From positions 1,920 through 65,919 of the forward strand of contig CALCEX010000216.1 in assembly GCA_937900325.1 (NCBI GenBank): a stretch of 64,000 nt of DNA. Direction: 5' to 3'. Made by a program: the position numbers and the translations under genes. This DNA comes from an uncultured Clostridia bacterium (GTDB lineage Bacteria; Bacillota; Clostridia; Christensenellales; CAG-138). The notes under the pieces are model-generated. The model was not told the DNA's origin. It saw nothing but the letters and a program-made list of their open reading frames with translations, and ran no database searches. Below, in pieces: positions 62,547-64,000 of the stretch (position 1 is the stretch's first letter; each line of letters begins with the position of its first letter).

Positions 62547-63962
62547 TTAGCTGCCAAGTGTCAGCTCATTGACCGCCTCGATCAGATCAACAGTCTGGCT
62601 TCTGGAGACAAGAGCAACGGCTTTCCCATCGACCGTCGCAATGCAGTTCGTACCGTCAAGGCGGTAGAGCGCCAGCGTGAAGGTCGGGAAGTCCTCGTTA
62701 TCCAGATGCACCGTCATGGAAATTTCCTCCTGTCCGGTGGGCGTTTCGTCCGTGAAGCCGGATGCGGAGATCGCTCGGAGTGCCGTTTTGAGATCATAGA
62801 CATCAAATTCTTCGGCGTTGTATGTCCAAGTCCCCTCTGCGTCCTCGTCATCCTTGTCCTCCGGCGGGTTATAGGTGAAGGTATAGCTCTCACCGCTCAG
62901 GGCAACGTCAATACTTGTCACCGTATCAAAGTCCGCTGTGAAGAGCGTCTGGTGGCGCAGCGCGTCATAGGAAACATCCGTCAGCGCGTCAAATTCCGAC
63001 TGTGTGATCTGGTAGACGATCTGCGACTCGCCAACGCGGGCATAGCACGTCACATCGGGAAGCTCGTCTGCTTCGTTTGCCAGCGCTTCTTCATACGCCG
63101 CCAGCTCCTCCGGGTTTTGCGACAGGTGCAGCACCAGCGTCCCGGCATCCGTTTTCTTTCCGTCCTCGTCAGAGCTGCTGTATTCGAGCGTGACAGTCAG
63201 TTCAGGGTCATCCAGCCCGAAGGTCGTAAGCTCCTCGCCGGTCACATTATAGCTGACATAGTTCGTCAGGCTCAGAGATTGAATTGCGCTCAGGACGGTA
63301 TCCACATTGTCCGTATCCAACGGCTGACCGTCTGCGAAGTACACATCGTCCGCGCAGATGCTTTTGCCGTCCTCATCACGGATGATTGCGTAGTTTTCGC
63401 CGCCGGAGAACTCGATCTGCTCTGCGGTATCAAATTCCGGGATGGTATCGTCGAGGATCATATCCCGCAGGACGGCATCAAATTCATCCAGCGGGTCGTG
63501 GCTGACAAGATATGCCTTGCCGTCACCGATGGAAATATACCGCTGTTCGTCCATTTTGCTGAAGTCGCCAAGCTCAACGGTATAGCTTTCCTCGCCTGCG
63601 GTAATACGGATCGTGCAGACCGGCTCGTCAAGGCCGTACTGAGCGTAGTCCTCTACATCGTCAATGGCAAACGCAGCCGCAAAGGATGTAAACTGTTCCA
63701 GCAGGTCATTGATCTTTTCCTCGTCCACGGGGAAGGCGTTATCATCGTCGTAGACCCACGTTTCGTCTTTGGTAAAGGAAAATGTTCCGCTTTCATTCGT
63801 CCAGGAAAGGGCGGTAACGCTGTCCGTAGGAATTTCCAGTATCACTTCGCCGCTGTTTTTGATCTGCTCTTTCTTCTCCTCATAGCGGCTGACGGCAAAT
63901 GCGGCGATGCAGACCACAAGGAGAACGCCAAGCAGCGCATAGAGTTTTGTTGCTTTACGCAT
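62547..63962 (-). CDS. DUF4340-like membrane-anchored protein
   Basis: N-terminal TM segment LYALLGVLLVVCIAAFAV, then acidic beta-rich repeats (QYGLDEPVCTIRI, TFGLDDPELTVTL). GGAGG SD. The upstream gene continues past the window end. Confidence 0.6.
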   Translation of the reverse strand: MRKATKLYALLGVLLVVCIAAFAVSRYEEKKEQIKNSGEVILEIPTDSVTALSWTNESGTFSFTKDETWVYDDDNAFPVDEEKINDLLEQFTSFAAAFAIDDVEDYAQYGLDEPVCTIRITAGEESYTVELGDFSKMDEQRYISIGDGKAYLVSHDPLDEFDAVLRDMILDDTIPEFDTAEQIEFSGGENYAIIRDEDGKSICADDVYFADGQPLDTDNVDTVLSAIQSLSLTNYVSYNVTGEELTTFGLDDPELTVTLEYSSSDEDGKKTDAGTLVLHLSQNPEELAAYEEALANEADELPDVTCYARVGESQIVYQITQSEFDALTDVSYDALRHQTLFTADFDTVTSIDVALSGESYTFTYNPPEDKDDEDAEGTWTYNAEEFDVYDLKTALRAISASGFTDETPTGQEEISMTVHLDNEDFPTFTLALYRLDGTNCIATVDGKAVALVSRSQTVDLIEAVNELTLGS

Positions 63963-64000
63963 GACGCTTTTTCCTCCTGTCTATCACAGTAAATACGCCG

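Noticed and set aside
63984-64000. The possible 3' end of another minus-strand gene (...AYLL-stop) at the window edge.
   Set aside because: Only about 5 codons are visible, so it cannot be supported.

Overview
This is a 64 kb chromosomal window from a high-GC Firmicutes/Clostridia-like genome. That assignment is inferred from DnaD/DnaI-type replication genes, gene content and composition. I ran no database search; every call rests on reading the ORF translations and the DNA by eye.

Most of the window is ordinary housekeeping and metabolism:
- serS-argS-murA.
- A tightly overlapped aroB-aroA-aroC-aroK operon followed by bioY.
- tdh-kbl and mtnA.
- Several peptidases: two M24 enzymes, PepT, a C11 protease and an M23 peptidase.
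- Transporters.
- A Zn/Cd-type P1B ATPase module with an unusual ArsR-AraC fusion regulator.
- A COG0523 metallochaperone pair with a His/Asp-rich tract.
- A LarA-like racemase next to a malic enzyme.
- A type-A chloramphenicol acetyltransferase homologue.

The clear accessory region is a visibly lower-GC island at about 53.5-61.6 kb. It carries a complete type II-A CRISPR-Cas locus:
- cas9 (true start most likely 54199), cas1, cas2 and csn2.
- A leader with an extended -10 promoter.
- 16 identical 36-nt repeats and 15 spacers.

I also identify a minus-strand tracrRNA just upstream of cas9, with its own near-consensus promoter, anti-repeat, nexus-like segment and intrinsic terminator.

Unexplained or unusual points around the island:
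- A consensus plus-strand promoter about 330 nt upstream of cas9. Its transcript would run antisense through the whole tracrRNA gene and through a roughly 100-nt GC-rich structured block.
- An internal duplication of two spacers.
- A triple heptamer at the leader-repeat junction.
- An AT-rich 2-TM mini-ORF at the trailer.
- A start-less, relaxase-like gene remnant.

I did not find a multi-gene cluster that I can defend as a new defence or other system. The items above and the metal-regulator fusion are the best leads, and all of them need search or experimental confirmation.
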